From the NCBI GenBank assembly GCA_964016885.1, contig OZ024753.1, forward strand, positions 4,960,001-5,024,000: DNA of 64,000 bases. The letters are read 5' to 3'. Shown piece after piece: positions 26,700-41,000 of the stretch. The notes beneath the pieces were generated by a model, which was given only the letters and a program-made list of their open reading frames with translations, searched no databases and had not been told where the DNA came from. How positions within the stretch are numbered: the stretch's first letter is position 1; every line of letters begins with the position of its first letter. This stretch comes from Eledone cirrhosa (taxonomy: Eukaryota). The position numbers and the translations under genes were made by a program.

Positions 26700-28900
26700 T
26701 GACCTGTCCTGGGTGATCTGGGATAGATGCACATAGGTTGCATGTCCCGAGACCCAAAAGCGAGTCCAGGGGTGATCAAACGTTATAAATTTGCAACTGT
26801 GTTGATACAACCCTTACAGAACAGGAGCAGGAATTAGTGGAGGAGGCCAGATGTTATCGGCTAGCTATAGTCGGAGTTTCCTTAATAAAGATTTTGATGG
26901 AGGAAATAACTGCACAGGCGGGAGTAAGGGTACTCACAAGTCCCCGCCTGTTGGAATGTGTTATGAAAGAAAGGTCTCTGTGGATGGTGTAAACTTATGC
27001 GCCAAACAGAGAATCCGAATCCGATCCTTCCTTGATGAAATCGTTGCAACGTTAGCTGTAGTTGATACAGAATCTTTTATCCGACTGATAGACTTCAATG
27101 CACATGTTGACACTGATCACTTTATATAGAAAGGAGTGATTGGATGTAAGGGTGACCCCAATCTAAATGTGAATGCCGAGGCCTTATTAGACTTGTTTTA
27201 TTAATGGGGTCTCTATTATGAACACGTTTTTTCCAGCACAAAGACACCCATAAGTGTGCAGGGTATAAGGGAAATCGGGTACAGTGATCAGTAATTCATT
27301 TTTTAAGTGTCTCTGATCTCTTTGAGACTATGCTGGATGTTCATGTTAAGAGAAGGGGCTAAGCCAACAACTAATCACCATCTAATTATCAGGGAAACCC
27401 ACAAAATTGGCAAGTCTAGCTCAACCTACAGGACAAAGTAGGAATAGCTGGCTGATGAGATTGGACCAGGTATGTGGGTGTTATTGCATCCACATTCAGA
27501 AAACTGCCTGAACAAACTAAGAACGTTGAAACACTGTGTAGACTGTTCAGCTCGATAGCTTCCGCTTTACTTGTTAAATGGTCAATGCGAAAGCGGCATG
27601 GTGTGGCACTGGGTGGCAGTAGGACCCCCTGGATCAATCAGGAGGTTAGATACCATTTGAACAAAGGAGACTTACAAAACTTGGCTTGGAAATAATTCTT
27701 CCTTCTTGGTCTTGCAGTACATGCAGACACACAAAGTCACAGCAGAGACGGGAAAAGCATCCAAGATTAAGACTTGAGAGGATTATGTGGTTAAGCTGGA
27801 ATCCAAATTTAAATCAGCAAATAGAATATTCTGGCAGACCATCCATTGACTCCATAATAAGGAATTGCCCTCCATGGCTGTTATCAAGAACACTTCTCTC
27901 TGCTGTGAAGTGCATCGGAAGTGATAATCCCAATTTTCCAAAAGGGGGACAAGAGAGATTGTTCTAAGTATAGAGGAATCTCCTTGTTAAGCCACCCCGA
28001 TAAAATCTATGCTAAATGTCTGGCAAAGAGGTGTAAGGATATTGTCAAGTCCAAACTATTGACAAACAGTATGGTTTTCACCCTGGACGTACCACAACCG
28101 ACCAAATATTCACTTTGCGGCAGATCTTCAAAAAAGCGTTAGAACATTACCAAAAGGCGTATGCTAGTTTCGTGGACTTCGAAAATGACATGTGCCCACA
28201 TTCCACGGGGCCTGTTGTGGAAGATTCTGCAAGAGTATGGGACCAACAGACAGCTTGAATCACGATACGAATGAGTGTTTAGATAAATGAAGCTATGTTG
28301 AAATCATTCAATGTGTGTGTCAGACTCCGGAAAGGGTGCATATTTTTGCCTCTCCTGTTCATAATCTTCATGAACAGAATTGACATACCCAACCGGTGAG
28401 TGTAGGATCAGTCGGGTGATATTTACAAAAGGCATAGTGGTACTTAACATATTGGAAGTTGATCTTCGACATAGCTTTGCTGACGTGTGCTGCACGGCGG
28501 AAATGAAAATCAGTGCTACGTTGACTGGGATATTCGTCCTCTCTAGACAACCTGCACCGTGTGTTCTGTATGTGAGTGGAGTTACATAGAAGGGGGTGGA
28601 GAAATTCAAGTATCTCGTGGACATTTTCACAAGTGATAGAAGTCAGGAGACTGAATTAAATACAAGAGTTGCTGGAGCTGGTGAAATATTGGGCCAACAC
28701 TCGGTCATCAAAAGCAAGTAGGCCAAACTCACTATCTTCAATTCCGTGTTCATGTCTACTCTTCCCTATGGTCATGAATCTTGCGTAATGACCAAAAAAA
28801 TATGATCACGAATAAAAGTAGCCTAAATGGGACTTACTCCGAAGTCTTTTGAGTAACGTTTCCCGATATGGTGCGTTTATCGTGTAGATCATCAACACTA
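26700..28900 (+). mobile_element. degenerate RTE-clade LINE (APE endonuclease + RT)
   Basis: Fragments DFNAHVD (endonuclease), IIPIFQKGDKRDCSKYRGISLLS, VEKFKYL and LPYGHES, with many stops and frameshifts. Confidence 0.8.
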
Positions 28901-29149
28901 GGGAGGCCCTCAAGTCCATGGTACAACTGAAAGGTCCTCCTGACCCTTTGTTCCTTTAGCAAAATCTTCATGGCTGAAAGTCTTTCCTATCACCAACCAC
29001 ATCATGGGGAGGAGGGCAGCTGCTAGGAATGTGTGCGGGTTTTGGAGTTGAGAATAACTGTTAGGGCATGCTAGTGGAAGGGAATGGATGTTAAGTCACA
29101 TTGTATGCTGCAGGTCGGGTCTTCTTTTACATAATTAAAAATAGGAAGA

Positions 29150-29579
29150 GGCTATGTAGCCGGTCCTGGTAAAATAGACTCCCAGGTTATGTAGCCGGTA
29201 AGAGTGTCAGACACGATGAGTTAAGATAATTTGAAATCTTTTTCCACCATTAATTGTTAAAAAAAAAAGTTTAAATCATTTAGTCGTCCATTCGTAACGT
29301 ACGTTATGTTTTAGTTACATACACACACATCTACAAGTAAATACATAAACAGATACAAACAGAAGTGCAAACCCATACACACACACCTCACGCAAATACA
29401 TAAACGGATACAAACAGAAGTGCAAACCCACACATCTACTCATACATATTCAAAAATAGACATTATACAAAATAATTATTACATACACTCACATCTATGA
29501 TTGGTTAAGGGAGGACCTGGTGAAACACTATAGCGATATGCGTGTTGCGTCCCTTTAGGATCTACCGGCTACATAGCCT
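29150..29579. mobile_element. small inverted-repeat element (MITE-like)
   Basis: aggctatgtagccggt (29150, with a second copy near 29184) versus accggctacatagcct (about 29564-29579). Internal duplication aaatacataaac(a/g)gatacaaacagaagtgcaaaccca. Confidence 0.6.
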
Positions 29580-29595
29580 ATTCGTTAAAAATAAT

Positions 29596-29780
29596 TGTTT
29601 CTACTTTAGGCGCAAGGCCAGCAATTACCCAGTGCATTACTGGTACTTTATTTTATCGACCCCCGTAAGGATGAAAGGCAAAGTCAACCTCGGCGGGATT
29701 TGAACTCAGATCGTAAAGGGACGTAACTATGCTGGAAAGCATGGCGTCCGACCCTCTACCGATACTGCCAATCCACCGCA
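29596..29780 (-). mobile_element. tRNA-derived SINE
   Basis: Near-consensus copy of the 4790-4977 family. Confidence 0.9.
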
Positions 29781-31362
29781 TAATTAACGAGAAATACACG
29801 ACAAATAAACGATAGTTTACAAATCACGGGAGGTAACTCAAAATTTGTAGAAAATTATTTTATATTATTTTCATTATGAAAGCACGACAGTTTAAGATAA
29901 AGAATCCGAGATTGATTCATGATTCCCACCTTTCTTTCTTTCACACACACACGCACTTATGCAGTAATATTAAGAAATATTGTTACACCAATTTCGAAGA
30001 GGGTTGTTTTTTATATAAATTTTAAAGGTAGTTAATTGGTAGGTTTGGTCAAAATTACGAAGGTGAAATTTATTTTTCCTATTTTTTTGTTTTGAACGAA
30101 TATGGTCTTCAAAACTGTCGTAAACTCGTTTTTTGTTATGCACCGACACCCGAGCACGTCTCCAAAAAGTATGTAAAGATAATAAATTACCTTATAAAAC
30201 TACAGCTTTCAAACTTTGACCATCTTATCACATAACACCCAACATTTAGTGAGTCATTAACCATAAATTTTACTAAATTAATGAATATTTATTGTCACCA
30301 TGAAACTTCTAACCAAACCTTTTAATTAACTACCTATCATCATCATCATCATCATCATCGTTTAACGTCCATGTTCCACGCTTACATATATTATGAAATT
30401 ACTGTTGGCTTCACGCTCACAATAATTTCTATACTTTCATTTATATATATATATATATATATACGTATATGTGTGTGTTTCAATTAACTATTCACAGCTA
30501 TAGCAGATACGAGTGTAATAATATAATTTTACTGAAATGTGTTTGCACATGACCCATTTGTTTACTGCATATAATTGAAAACCTCTAGAATAAATTTTCA
30601 GTAAAATCATTTTAAAAATCCAACAAATTTACCGTAAGTAGCCGGTCTGAAATATAAAGTGAGGTTCATATGATCGACTGAACCAATGAAGTCGGTGAAT
30701 GGAACCACCTCGCTACTAATTGCAATAAAGATGATGACCATTCGTAAGATTGAGCCCCACGAAGGGGAGCTAGCTCTTTCGGCGTATCTCACTCGCCATT
30801 TCTGGGAAAATATTTAATATTACACCCACCTCCGATACAGGTACGAGTTAAAAAAAAATTAAGTTTAAGAGTAGTTAGATTTGGTTAGAATACTAATGTT
30901 TGTTTTTTTTGCCCGGTGATTTGGACGAATATGAACTTTAAACCCGTGGTAAATTATTCGTTTTCTGTAATTCGCCGATCCGGGAAATTCATGACACCCC
31001 GTAATGGAGACGGGTGTAATAATAAAATTAACCCAATTTTCTGTCCGCCGGGACAATGAAATATCAACAAGTTGTTATTGTTGTTGCATGCGAATCTCTC
31101 AAGATAAAATGATGACAACTAAAACTGATAATTATCAATAATTTACAAGAAACACAAATACATAGATAAAATGAAGACAATAAAAAAAACAAAGATTACG
31201 AAAACTAGTAACTCTGGTTGGGCAAAAAATATATATAGTCGCTGTACAAGTTGATAGTATCAACAAAATATATCAAATCATACAATTGAGTTTGTGGTAG
31301 TAAGGTTCATACATTCTTTCAAGTCATTTCACATTCACGCCAAGTTTTTTTTTTTTAGGTTA

Positions 31363-31833
31363 TCACGTTTTCATCCGGAGACATTGATTAACAACAGAAA
31401 GTAAATGGGTGTTTTCTAGTGCGGCAGCAACTCTTTCTTTATCAGCTAGTTGTTTGTTGACCGCTTGTTCTGAATTATGTGTGCCTGGTGCTATTGCAAT
31501 GTCCACTTTAAAACGGGTTGGTAACGAACGTAGTAATTTAACACGAATGGATAAACCGATTAGGGTGGCCATACTACAATGTGGAATGGTCGGTGTAAAA
31601 GCTAAAGACACCAGATTACTGTTGTTATCAATATGAATATGATCTTCATCAACCACATTTAATTCCTCCAATGTTAGCGGATGTTCAGGATCATTAATGT
31701 TTCGGACTAAATCAAAAACTTCTCGGACATCGATTTCATCAATTACGTTTTCGTCTTCTTCTGCGGGAAGCACATATCTGTCGTGTTTACGCTGATATAT
31801 TACAGGATTCACATTATCCAGTTTATCTTTCAT
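31363..31833 (-). CDS. CIAO2B: cytosolic iron-sulfur assembly component 2B (MIP18/FAM96B), single-exon CDS, 156 aa
   Basis: Diagnostic motifs [56 protein letters not shown] and [17 protein letters not shown]. Full length and uninterrupted. Confidence 0.97.
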   Translation of the reverse strand: MKDKLDNVNPVIYQRKHDRYVLPAEEDENVIDEIDVREVFDLVRNINDPEHPLTLEELNVVDEDHIHIDNNSNLVSLAFTPTIPHCSMATLIGLSIRVKLLRSLPTRFKVDIAIAPGTHNSEQAVNKQLADKERVAAALENTHLLSVVNQCLRMKT

Positions 31834-31959
31834 GGTTTATATATGTATATATATCTTTGGTAAGCCTTCAGTCAACACAAGAGAAATTACAATTTCATTT
31901 GAACTTTTTTTTCAAACTTCTTAATCTCTTCGAAGTTGAAAGTTTATGTAACATACATG

Positions 31960-32050
31960 CAGCAAGGAGAAGACGGTCATAGCCGAGTAAGATTTCGGTG
32001 ATTTCCGCCACGTGATCTTTCGATTATAACCGGTAATTACCGTTTAAGCA
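31960..32050 (-). promoter_or_regulatory. probable CIAO2B promoter
   Basis: Local CpG enrichment with an E-box CACGTG (about 32009-32014), roughly 130-220 bp upstream of the ATG. Confidence 0.45.
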
Positions 32051-33099
32051 CATGAAAATGCCAATTTTCATTTTAAATAAATGTTTGTGTGTGTTCTTGA
32101 GAATGTAAATGGATATAAATCAGTTAAATATTAACTGAAAGGTTAGCAAAATTTTCTTTCAAAATATTATTCAGTAATTTTCTTTGTGCTAGTATATTTT
32201 CGTATATCATCTAACTGCTTCGTTTGGCGGAATATTTCGCTTTTCACCATAACAATTCCACTTTTTTACTTTGTCGCATCAGCTGGACAACTACTTATAA
32301 AAGCTGGAAATCGGGAAGAGATACGAAGTTTCAAATAAAATGATTTTAAAATAAGATACTAAAGGTAGAGAAAGTTCCCAAACAACGAAGAATTAAACCA
32401 GATATTGCAGTTTCAGAATAAAATGTTGAGAGATTTGGCTGCTATTTCTAACAGACTTGATGACTATTGTAGTTAGAAGCAAACGTGAGAAAAAGTGAAA
32501 TTGTAGTATCAAACGAAAAGCTAATCAGTTTTTATTTAATCGTGCTTTGTCGAAATATTGCTTTAATACTTAAAAAGATTCTCGGCAAAAACAAAACAAA
32601 ATCGTTCGTAAAGATATTTTTTGTTGTTCCGTAAGGAATACAAAACCTGCTGCTTTTGGTTGACACCTACTTTCTCGCTTTTACAATTTTGCTTTTTATT
32701 TTTTCCTTTCGCTTTGTGCGTATCTTCATAAGCTACAAAGCCGCTTGTCCTGCTAGAAATAGCAGCCAAATCTTCCTCAATATTACGGCGCAAATATAGT
32801 CTCCCACCTGACTTAATTGGTTTATTTTTAATTAATTACTTTTTATTCTTTTCTCTCGCTTTATATCCACCTATAATAGCCACGTGTATCTATCGAAATA
32901 AATTTACTTTAAACGTCTTTTTTGTTACGATGATTAGGGTTAGGGTTGGGACTGGTGTTAGGAGGTAAAGAAAACTTCGGGAGGCGGGCACGTCTGGGGG
33001 CACCCCATTTCCCTGCCTTTATGGCTCTATCCACTGTACTGTTCCCCCCCCCCCCCCTAAGTTACTCTTTGTCTGGCTGATGCTTTGTACTAGCGACAA

Positions 33100-33630
33100 G
33101 TCTCTACAGTACTTCGCAATATGTTGTCACGTAAGAATTTCCAATCGCCCTCTATGTCATATATATCTCACTCAACCCCACTCTAATCATATGCATTCCT
33201 GAGAGCTTTTCTACACTTATATTTAACAGACAGAACCTTTAGTTTCCTTACTCTCCTTCTCCATATTTTCCTGCTTGTCTTATTCCATTATGTACTTATT
33301 CTGATGTCACTAATAACTAACTTATGTTGGATGGTGCATTTTTCTCCAGGAAAATCTTAGCATTTATAACCATCTCTCTATCTGGCTTCTGTTCACCTGA
33401 TTGATAGTTGACTAGCAGGTTTCCTGAAATTGGTGTTGCAAATAGTTAGTTTGCTTGTATCACAGAATTCAAGGAGTCTCACTCCATTTCTCAAGCCATA
33501 ACCAGTTTCACCGTGTAATCCAGTGTATTTATCTTATTTTTGCCAAACATGTCCATTGAAGTTGTCTCCTACGAGAATGAGGTCTCTGTCATCAGTAACT
33601 GAGGTTGTCTGTAAAAGATCTTATAAATAG
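33100..33630 (-). mobile_element. degenerate RTE LINE endonuclease relic
   Basis: Minus strand reads DLLQTTSVTDDRDLILVGDNFNGHVWQ, a GDFNGHVG-like motif. Confidence 0.6.
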
Positions 33631-34654
33631 TGCTTCTAGAGCATAGATAGAGATAATTGTTGTCATTCAATTCCACCATAGGTAGCAAATTGGAAGAGTA
33701 GTTAGAATGTTAGATAGAATACTTTACAGTATTTGTTCTAGCTCTCTGCATACCAAATTCGAAACCTGACATGGCTAACTTTGCCTTTCATCCTTTCGAA
33801 GTCAATAAAAAAGTACAAGTCCAGTACTAAAGTTGATTCTTCCTCTATATATCTTTCTCACTTACCCTCTCTTATTCTATAGAAGAAATTAACTATGTTC
33901 ATACCAGGAGATGGATAGGCTCTGCTAGGTTTAATAATCCCAAGACATGCTGTATATCACTATGAGGCCCCTACAACTCCACCAGGAGTTAAAGGCCTAT
34001 ACATAACTTTGATAGGTTTCGGCCAGTACTGGCCGAGCAAATCATTTCATCTCATTTGTTTTTAGTTGTTACAAGTCTTCTTCATACATAAAACAAGTCT
34101 TCTTGAAAATTTTATAATTTTATGGAAAAAAAATTAAGAATCAAATATCATTTATCTTTATAATTAATTTTATTATCAAAATAATAAAACATACAATATT
34201 TAAACATAAATTGCATTGTTTTAATGAATATAATTATTTTTCAGCCAACATTAAAGAATAGCAGTGTTATGCACTGCCTTAGAAAGCTGCTATAGGATAC
34301 TTCAGTATCATCAAATCTAAAGATCCCAAACCAACTGCTATAGATAAAATAACTATCTTACATATTAAAGTATCTATATTGTTGTTCACTCACAATTCTA
34401 TGTAGAACTGTTATTTTGTTCATTAGCTATCATCATCGTGTGTGTTTGTTTAACAATAATAACAGACATTTACTGTTTACAAGTTTACTTCATTGAAATA
34501 TATATAGATACAAACAACAAAAACATCCTATAGATTTAGAAATATACCACAAAAATATAATGGACCCAAAGTGCCTGGTTATAAAGACAGGGTGGTTAGT
34601 GTTTTGTTAGTGTCCAAAATATAGGCATTGATCTGCCATCCTTAGAATTAATAA

Positions 34655-34858
34655 TGGTTTTTTATTTAGGCACAAAGCCAACAATTTTTGGTTAAATCGA
34701 CCCCAATGCATTACTGGTACTTTATTTTATCAACCCCCATAAGGATGAAAAGCAAAGCTAACCGTGACGGGATTTGAAATAAGAACGTAAAAGGACATAA
34801 CTCTATGCCACAAAGCATGTTGTCTGATACTCTACCGATACTGCCAATCCACCACTCT
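34655..34858 (-). mobile_element. tRNA-derived SINE (more diverged copy)
   Basis: Homologous to 29596-29780. Confidence 0.8.
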
Positions 34859-35069
34859 TATAATTAATAATACCAAGTGTTTTGATGAACCAGTAAAAGT
34901 ATACCTCCATTTTACTTTAAACAATGAAGAATGCGTATAATATTTGAACAGAAGCTATTGACTACAAAATGAAATATAATTTTTGTTTTAATGCTATGAA
35001 TATTTTGGTCCATATTTATAAGCCAGTATTTTTTCTTTGATTATGTTTTTTTTGCAAATTGATATTTAA

Positions 35070-35297
35070 CCCTTTTGTGGCCAACCCAGCCAACCCTAGC
35101 TGATTCTATGAGATAAAATCACCCATTTTAAAGGTTTCCAATTTAAATTAGAATCTTTCAAAATGATTTTATATAAGAACCTTACATTAAGTTTACTATC
35201 TTAGTATGAAATATTTAATAATTTTAGTAAATGGTTCAAAATACTTCAATTAATTGAAATAGAGTGTAGTTCATTAAAAAATATGGTCATGAAAGGG
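35070..35297. mobile_element. piggyBac-type MITE with TTAA TSD
   Basis: ttaa|cccttttgtggcca ... tggtcatgaaaggg|ttaa. Confidence 0.65.
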
Positions 35298-36438
35298 TTA
35301 AATATATGGTAAATTTATTCATTTGAGTTGGATAAACAGTTTAGTAAATATAACAGCAAAGAATCATCAGAAAATTATTATAATGGAATAATATCTTAAG
35401 TTTTATAATTCCTAAAAGTTAACTATCAGGGCGGTGCCCCAGCATGGCCTCAGCCGGATGGCTGGAACAGGTAAAAGAATATCAAATAATAGAAGCTACA
35501 ACGAACTTACAAGAGTCTACACAATATGATAAAAGGCAAATAAATCTATTCCAGATGCCACCACCATAAATAAAACTTAAGGGTCAGTCCACCTTGTTGT
35601 CCCGACTGATAGAATGAAATGGAAAAAAAATAATCATAGCATTAAAGATTCATACAAAAACAATTTTTTATCTTAGTTTTTCAACAAAATAAAAATGTCT
35701 TAGTACTTAATAGTTTAGTCAGTAGCTAGCCTTAAAAATAAGCTATCATACTCCATAAAAATACCTATCTACGAGTTTCACAATTATACATATACTTAAA
35801 ATGCTGCAATGAAACCAGTTGTTACTAAACTTTTTAATATTCCTCAAGCTTACAACTTCATATTTCAGTAAATTCAGTATATTGTGCTGAAGTGTGTGCT
35901 GGCTTTATTTATTGAATTTATAGTTAATGCTATATGTACTATCTCTCTAATTTCTGTTAGATTCTTTGACGGTTCTTTTTGACTTTAATGGAAATCTCAT
36001 ATAATAGCAGAATGAGATTTCTATTTTGAAAAATGGAAATCTTTAACTTATCTTGCAATAACTTAACATTGATGTGTATAAAATAAAAATGAATAAAACT
36101 TAAAGGAAGAATTTTAAATAAAAAGTTGACGATAATACATTTTATGTGTGTAACGTTGGAAAATTTCTCTTGCCAAACAACATTAAAATCAAATTCACAA
36201 ACATTATGGATTTTGTCACAGCATCTCATAATATAAATGATATATTGAGAATAGCTTTCCAAAGTGTAACTTCGGAAATGATTAGTAGTTTTATTTGTTT
36301 GTATTTGCATAAAAACATGTTTTAAACAGATTTTACAATACTGAAGCCCTCCATGCATCTTATTACCTTGATTTTAATTTCTTAGTATCTTCATTTGAAG
36401 TGTCTGAAATTCATCAGAAAATAAACCTTTATCATTAA

Positions 36439-36646
36439 CCCTTTAGCATTTAAACTGACCGTATCCAGCTAGAATTCTCTCACCTCTTACTGTTCAAACC
36501 AGCTGTAAGTGGCTGCTCATACTGATGTTAAGGTATTGTTCTCAAAATAAAAAATATCGAAATCTTATAGGTTCGATATTATGTGAGGTAAAGCCTTTAC
36601 CGTGAAAATATAATAGTATATATAGAGTAATGTAAATGGTAAAGGG
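36439..36646. mobile_element. piggyBac-type MITE with TTAA TSD
   Basis: ttaa|ccctttagcatttaa ... gtaaatggtaaaggg|ttaa. Homologs near 44795-44983, at 49661-49881 and near 51981-52146. Confidence 0.8.
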
Positions 36647-37323
36647 TTAAAGAAACTCCATAAATTCAATGTTTGAACTAACTTCATGTGTAGCTACTAA
36701 TAGAGACAATAAAATGTTTTGACAAGGAGATACATGAATGAAAATATTCAAATTACATTAATTTTGATGAACGTAGAACAAATATTAGCAAATTATAAAA
36801 ATCTTCAATAAAAATGGACAGTATTTCCTTCAGTATCATCTCTACTTCTACCAGAAAAGGAAAAATAGTTTCTGGTGGGTCATTCTTTTCTACTTTGCTT
36901 CTTATAACAGTGAAATAAAAAGAATATTCTATTTCTTCCATAAGGTTATTTCATTGTCAACAATTGCTAAAAGCATGAGACATAATAGAGAAATGGCTGA
37001 AAGAAGGAACTATTAACCCTTAATGCCTTGTACCACATAAAACTTCATTAGCAAAGCATTCTTGAAGAGTATAAAACAGCACAATGACTGCATTGCATTA
37101 AAAATCAAAGTCTTTACAGCAAATTTACACAATGATTTTGCCACTAGTAAAGATACTATAAACATTTGAGTTAAAAAACCTATTGTTTTTTTTTAAAGAG
37201 TTTTTCTGCTAAATCATTAGAGAATGTTAAGAGTTAACCTGGTTCCTATGAGACACAAAAAGGAAACCTTAGCAACAGGAATAGAGGTTTTTTTTTTAAT
37301 GCTCTGCATATTCTGGAAAAAAA

Positions 37324-37533
37324 TACTGTATATACTGGAATATAAGCTGATCCAAATATAAGCCAACTGCTTATTTTATATCTGAGAACTGGCAAAAGTC
37401 TAAACGCCCATTTATAAACCGAGGTAGCTAATTGAAAAATTATGTTTAGATGGCGTATATAAGCTGACCTACCCCCATTTTACCATCAATTTTTTTGTCA
37501 CATTTCTTGGCTTATATTTGAGTATATACCATA
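37324..37533. mobile_element. degenerate Tc2/pogo-type MITE
   Basis: Termini tactgtatatactggaatataagc and gcttatatttgagtatataccata form an imperfect inverted repeat. Confidence 0.55.
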
Positions 37534-38057
37534 TATTTTCTAACAGAGATAAACAAATAAATACTTAATGGGAGAAGTTAAGAAAGCTTTTAAAATACTT
37601 CAGCACAAATTAACTGACTTTTTATAAATTAAATATAATCTTAAATACAAAAAAAAAAAAAATGGAGTTTTTTTTTATGTTGTACCAATACAAATAATTA
37701 TTTTAAAGTTATAATCTAATATACTGTAATATTTTTTATATCATACCAATACAAATAATCATTGTTTTAAAAGTATATCCTATAACATTGTAATGAAAAT
37801 CTTTGAAGATTAAGAATTAGCACACACCGATTCCTTTCCTTTTTCTGTTTTGTTTACACTTGATAAGGAGATATGTTTGTTAGACTGATAAACAATTTTC
37901 ATAAAAAGAGATCATTTTCGATTGCATTTTTTTTTTTGTTTTTTTGTTAATCAATCAATGAGTTTTGTTGAAGTGATTTCTCCACTTTCCACAGATTTTC
38001 CAGTTACTTCTGTTCTCGATTATTTCGAAGAATTATGGTAAAAGGGAGGATGGGAAA

Positions 38058-41000
38058 TTATTTCTTCTTTTTAAATCCAATAGTAAATGATGCTAGTTTG
38101 CTCTTACGCTGTTTGTACATATAGTTCATCAATATATATCCAGCTGAAATAAAATGAAAAAGTACATTAAAATACTATAATTCAAGGAGAAAAGTTAGGT
38201 AGTCTCTATAGGAAAGAATCAGTTTGAAAGTTCACAAAATGTAATGCAATAATAAGCCTTCTGGCGCTAAGGGGCTTTCGGGTCTTAGGCTTCCCCACTA
38301 ATGTAGAAACTTGTTGAATGAGCTTGGTTTTTACTACACTGATTTTCTATTGAATCTAAATATGTTAGTATAATCATGTATTTAATTTCTTTTCTAGTCT
38401 AGTATTGGTGATAAAAAAAACATGAGCTAATAATAATAATACATATACTTAAGCACCCCACCCATCCCAAAACTATAACAGAATCTCTGAATAAGCATTT
38501 TCTTTTTATAACCATGTGTATGGCCATCTGTATTTGATTTAGAATTGATACACCATATCCCTGCAAGTTGTAAGGAGTGACTGAAAGGGTTGGTATCAGA
38601 AAGAGCACTCTGCTGAAAAACATTTTCCCCTAAAAAGTCTAGTCTGACACATGCCAAAATGGAAAAGTTGACATAAAAATAGTGGTGGTGGTAGTGATGT
38701 GTGAGTGTGGAAAATTGTGACATTTCTTCTCTGCTGGTTCTCCAAGGCATAACAAAGAAGTTTAAAACAACCAGCTGTTACTAAAACATTTAACATCCTT
38801 CTTCCCTGCTAGCAAGGGTTGGAAAGGTCTTCAATGGCCAAGTCAGTGCTCAAGAGGAGATACTAACCACTCAAATGTGCAGGAGGGCGAAGCACATCAT
38901 GCTTATATATATTCCTGTGTTATACTAAAAGTATGTCATTGTGGTACCAGCACTAGGAAGATTATCATGTTTTTGAAACAACTGAAGAGTCCTGCCGACT
39001 CTTTATTTGACAGATTTTCTATGACTAGATGCCCTTCCTATCATCAACCACTTTACAATGCTAGCATGGAAATTGTGAGACAAGTCAGATCAGATGACCA
39101 TGTCTTTTTCTGGCTTGGTTTTTATGGTTGGATGCCCTTCCCAATGCCAACCTCATTTACAGTGTGGACTGGGTGCTTTTTGCCATGTCACCAACTCAAC
39201 CACTTTACAGTGTGGACTAGAGGCTGGGGTGGATGAGGTGTATGTCTGTAGCATGGTGGTTGGAAAGGTGAAGAGTGGAGTATTATTATTAAGTTTTACC
39301 TGGAATCATTGAGAATAAATAGCCTTTCAAAAACCAAGGAAAGTAGAATGAAAAATTCAAAACATTTGGCAGTGTCAAAGTAAATCTTCCTGAAATTTCA
39401 TACATAGGAGCTCCAGCTAATACAATGGTCCCTGGAAGACAAAGAGAAATTTAAAGTTAAACAAGGAAAAAATAAATGTAATAAAATGCAAAATGATGAA
39501 GAAAAAGAAAGGAAGAGGAGGAGGGGTGGTGCGGAGGAGGAGGATTATGTTTTAATCTCACCTTCTAGAAATATTCCTAAAGGGTAAAGTACAATCCAGG
39601 CTGAATACCGTAACCAAGTAATGAGAGTGGCTTCTCGTTTAATGGACTGCAGCATGTAATAAGGATACCTAAAGATGAAAACAAGTTGTTAAAATATACA
39701 CTCTTTTTATTTCATAGTGGAGTTATATAAACACACAGAAAGCAGCATTGGAAAGGACTATAAATGCCATAAATGAGAGGAAAAGAGTAAGGGCTATTAG
39801 AGAAAGGGGAAAGGAGAGAGGGTGACAGACTCTACACTTAGGTCAGAGCAGTTTTATTAAAATAAACACTCTTTCTATTATCAAGTTTATGACTTCTTTA
39901 TAAGTCTCCCGATAATATTTGGAGATTTATTTCATCAAATACATTCAAATATTTTTCTTGGATAAAATTACACAAAAATAATAAAGAATTTAATATTTAG
40001 TCAAACATATTATAGAAAAAGAAATGCTATAAATGAGAAGAAAAGGAGAGTAAGAACAAGGATTATAAGGTGACAAAAGAAAAAAGAGGGAAGGGTGACA
40101 AACTCTACACCTAAGTCAGAATGGTGTTTCAGCTGCACCTCACGGACAAAATGGCAAAGGCATTTCCACAGACAATAGCCAGCAACAGCCTTATGAAGTT
40201 GCTTACTCAGACGGGCTGCTGTCATTCCAATTTTACAGAGATCAGCTGTACAATATTTCAAAATATAAACAAAACACTAGCAAACTTTTCTTATTGGTTA
40301 TGGTAAGTGTCACATTTTACTATTTAACTAATTTATTTCAAAATCACTTTCAAATTACACTAGGGTCGACTACAAAGTTCTTAGGCTGACTATGAAGGAG
40401 TGATGCTAGTGCTGCGAAATTTTGCAAGCATTAATTTCAACTCTTCTTATTAATAATTGTATTGTTTCTTTCTCAGGATTTGTTGAAAAATAAACCTCAT
40501 TTGGTCGTTCCATGAGAGTATATTGGTCAGCCTATGAACTTTTCAGCCGACCCTTGTATACTGGAAACATGGTTAATGAAAATACGTTACCGTATAACTT
40601 CAGCAAAACTCCAAACAAGAACCAAGTACCAAAGTGATGGGACGTGTTGCAAATGAGTATTGCAAGCGACTAATAGTAAGATGAAGTTTCTTCCCAGAAC
40701 CTAGTTTAAATGAAATTAGTTGTTAATAATAACAATATCTTAGATATATATATAACAAAGATGTGCAAGAATTAAAGGTAAACAAATATAGAAATTACAT
40801 GAAAATATAAATTTACTATATAGAACAGCTAAGTTAACAAAACTGTATTAAGAGATGAAATATGGAAGATATTTTTACCTGAACTAGTGCAGCCATCACA
40901 TTGGAACGTACAATTCCAATTAGAGGATGAAGAATCTCTAAGAATGTTACCAACTGTACACATATTAACTGACTGCCTAAAGTTTCATATATATTCAGTT

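Noticed and set aside
30620-30830. RNase MRP, RNase P or U3 assignment (ggggctcaatct, ttcagac and atgatga motifs)
   Set aside because: The partner conserved regions (CR-I, boxes A/B/D) were not found. Kept only as an unexplained island.
38257-38310. Possible HDV-like ribozyme (gggg..cccc actaa)
   Set aside because: The P1/P2/P3 nested pseudoknot could not be assembled.
38427-38750. Candidate HACD3 exon near 38510-38630
   Set aside because: No homology to HACD3. The true exon 9 is 39431-39300, which fits both phase and sequence.
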